IMG/VR virus record: IMGVR_UViG_3300049995_000120
Coordinates: 1-64,000 of that record
Origin: a virus
Reading direction: 5' to 3' (one strand)
DNA: 64,000 bases
The notes beneath the pieces are model-generated. The model did not search any database. It was given only the letters and a program-made list of their open reading frames with translations, and had not been told where the DNA came from. A program made the position numbers and the translations under genes. Shown piece after piece: positions 62,710 through 64,000 of the stretch (its first letter is position 1; every line of letters starts with the position of its first letter).

Positions 62710-63651
62710 CTACGCGGCGCGTACCAGGTTTACCCGCCACTGGCAGCGGATTCCTATGCTATCAAATGCCACCGGACCGCCGCGATCATTCTGGGGGTAC
62801 ACAATCTCCGCCCAATCGACTCCTATAAACTCAGCTATGGTCTTTCCGATCTTTGCCTTTAGTGACACTACCGCTCCGCCGCTTTTCCCGTTCATACCCA
62901 ACCACAACCGACACGGCTCATCCGCTATCAGGCGCAACCAGTCTACCAGAGTCTTGGCCGGCAGTAACATACCCCGCCCGATCAAAATATAATCTCTCTT
63001 ACCGGTTGGAGCGCCTTTAACGGCCTTGTATAAATCTTCTGGTCCGATGAGCGCCCCGCCGTTTTCCAGACTATATTTAACCTCCCTTACTTCCCCCTCT
63101 TCCGCCGGCTTGCTTCTCGCCTTGCTTTTATTATTCTCGGCCAACCAGGCAGACTCGGCCTCTGCTAGAGGGGCGATCCGCTCTTCAATCGCAGTTATAC
63201 TTAACCGCTCCCAGCGATCACACAGCGGCGGTTTAATCCTCATGCGCGCCGCGGCGATATTGGCAGCATTAAATAGAACATTCGTTGCGTTCTTTACTTT
63301 CAGTTTGGCACCTTCCGTATAAACGCCGATCCCTTGACGCTTGCTATCCCTCAGCATTATTAATTCAACCGACAGCGAATCGCGGCGCTCTTCCAGTAAA
63401 TAGACGCGGCGCGCCTCTTTATTGACAGGTACGCGGCGTAACCCTTCCCATTTTATAGTATACGACTCCAGTGGTTTGCTCAACGCTGCGCGGCGCGTGT
63501 CTAACTCCGCTTGACAATCGGCAAGATCCGACTCCCGCTCTTTTATAGTAGCAGAGAAATTCTTATACTCCCCCGTCATAAACTCCAGATGTTGTACCGC
63601 TCCTGTATAGTCGCTCAACGCGGCTCTTAATCCCTGTTCTTTTTTTCTCAT
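62710..63651 (-). CDS. coiled-coil hypothetical protein
   Basis: AAGGAG SD; 313-aa ORF. Confidence 0.6.
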   Translation of the reverse strand: MRKKEQGLRAALSDYTGAVQHLEFMTGEYKNFSATIKERESDLADCQAELDTRRAALSKPLESYTIKWEGLRRVPVNKEARRVYLLEERRDSLSVELIMLRDSKRQGIGVYTEGAKLKVKNATNVLFNAANIAAARMRIKPPLCDRWERLSITAIEERIAPLAEAESAWLAENNKSKARSKPAEEGEVREVKYSLENGGALIGPEDLYKAVKGAPTGKRDYILIGRGMLLPAKTLVDWLRLIADEPCRLWLGMNGKSGGAVVSLKAKIGKTIAEFIGVDWAEIVYPQNDRGGPVAFDSIGIRCQWRVNLVRAA

Positions 63652-63929
63652 GGCTTGACTCCTTCATCAAAATATATTCTTAGGTTCTCCTGAAAATCCT
63701 TATCATCCTTATAGATGAACGCTAAACAAACCCGCGCGCCGGCGCGGCCATTGACCGCTATATATAGGTCAATAATCCGATAATGTCGCTCCCGCTCCTG
63801 TACCCGCTTTACAGATTCCGTGATTGACTCGTCCAAGATCCGCGGCGAATCGCCGCGCGGATTCGCGGCGATTCTTTTCTCCCCGTCTGCAGCAGTTTTT
63901 ATCTCGGTAACATACTCTAACTGATTCAT
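63648..63929 (-). CDS. hypothetical protein
   Basis: GGGGAG SD; ATGA coupling. Confidence 0.55.
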   Translation of the reverse strand: MNQLEYVTEIKTAADGEKRIAANPRGDSPRILDESITESVKRVQERERHYRIIDLYIAVNGRAGARVCLAFIYKDDKDFQENLRIYFDEGVKP

Positions 63930-64000
63930 GCTGGACTCCCCTCTGTATAAGTCGCTAATTGCCAGTATAGCGGATAATTGGCCGGTATCGGGACCTTGCC

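Noticed and set aside
1-64000. CRISPR array, tRNA or rRNA genes
   Set aside because: No regularly spaced direct repeats and no cloverleaf with a T-loop GTTC and acceptor stem were seen by eye; tRNAscan-SE and a CRISPR finder would be needed to exclude them formally.

Overview
The whole window is phage DNA and looks like most of a tailed (siphovirus-like) genome. A Chloroflexota/Anaerolineae host is inferred from recalled protein signatures only. No integrase, DNA polymerase, primase, tRNA or CRISPR array was seen. Head and packaging genes (TerS, TerL, portal, MuF-like, protease/scaffold, major capsid, plus a 1175-aa LamG protein) run on the minus strand at 1.4-14.9 kb. Tail genes and endolysin run on the plus strand at 29.8-46 kb. 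Between them is a glycan-modification island: at least five glycosyltransferase domains (three in one GT4-GT2-GT2-HhH fusion protein), a pyruvyltransferase and SAM methyltransferases. Replication and early genes fill 46-64 kb (DnaB, RNA ligase, replication-protein C-terminal domain, DUF5131, RusA, HNHs). The most striking unannotated signal is non-coding. Two unrelated HNH genes (827 and 59090) each have their own promoter and a leader RNA with the same topology but different sequence: a long hairpin whose ~30-nt loop is complementary to two elements just upstream of the Shine-Dalgarno. Other signals: several promoter-to-terminator small-RNA candidates with anti-SD motifs, a ~240-nt structured RNA in front of the replication operon, an apparent +1 tail-chaperone frameshift, and a probable -1 frameshift that adds a zinc finger to a membrane protein. 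All family assignments come from motifs recognised by eye; no searches were run.
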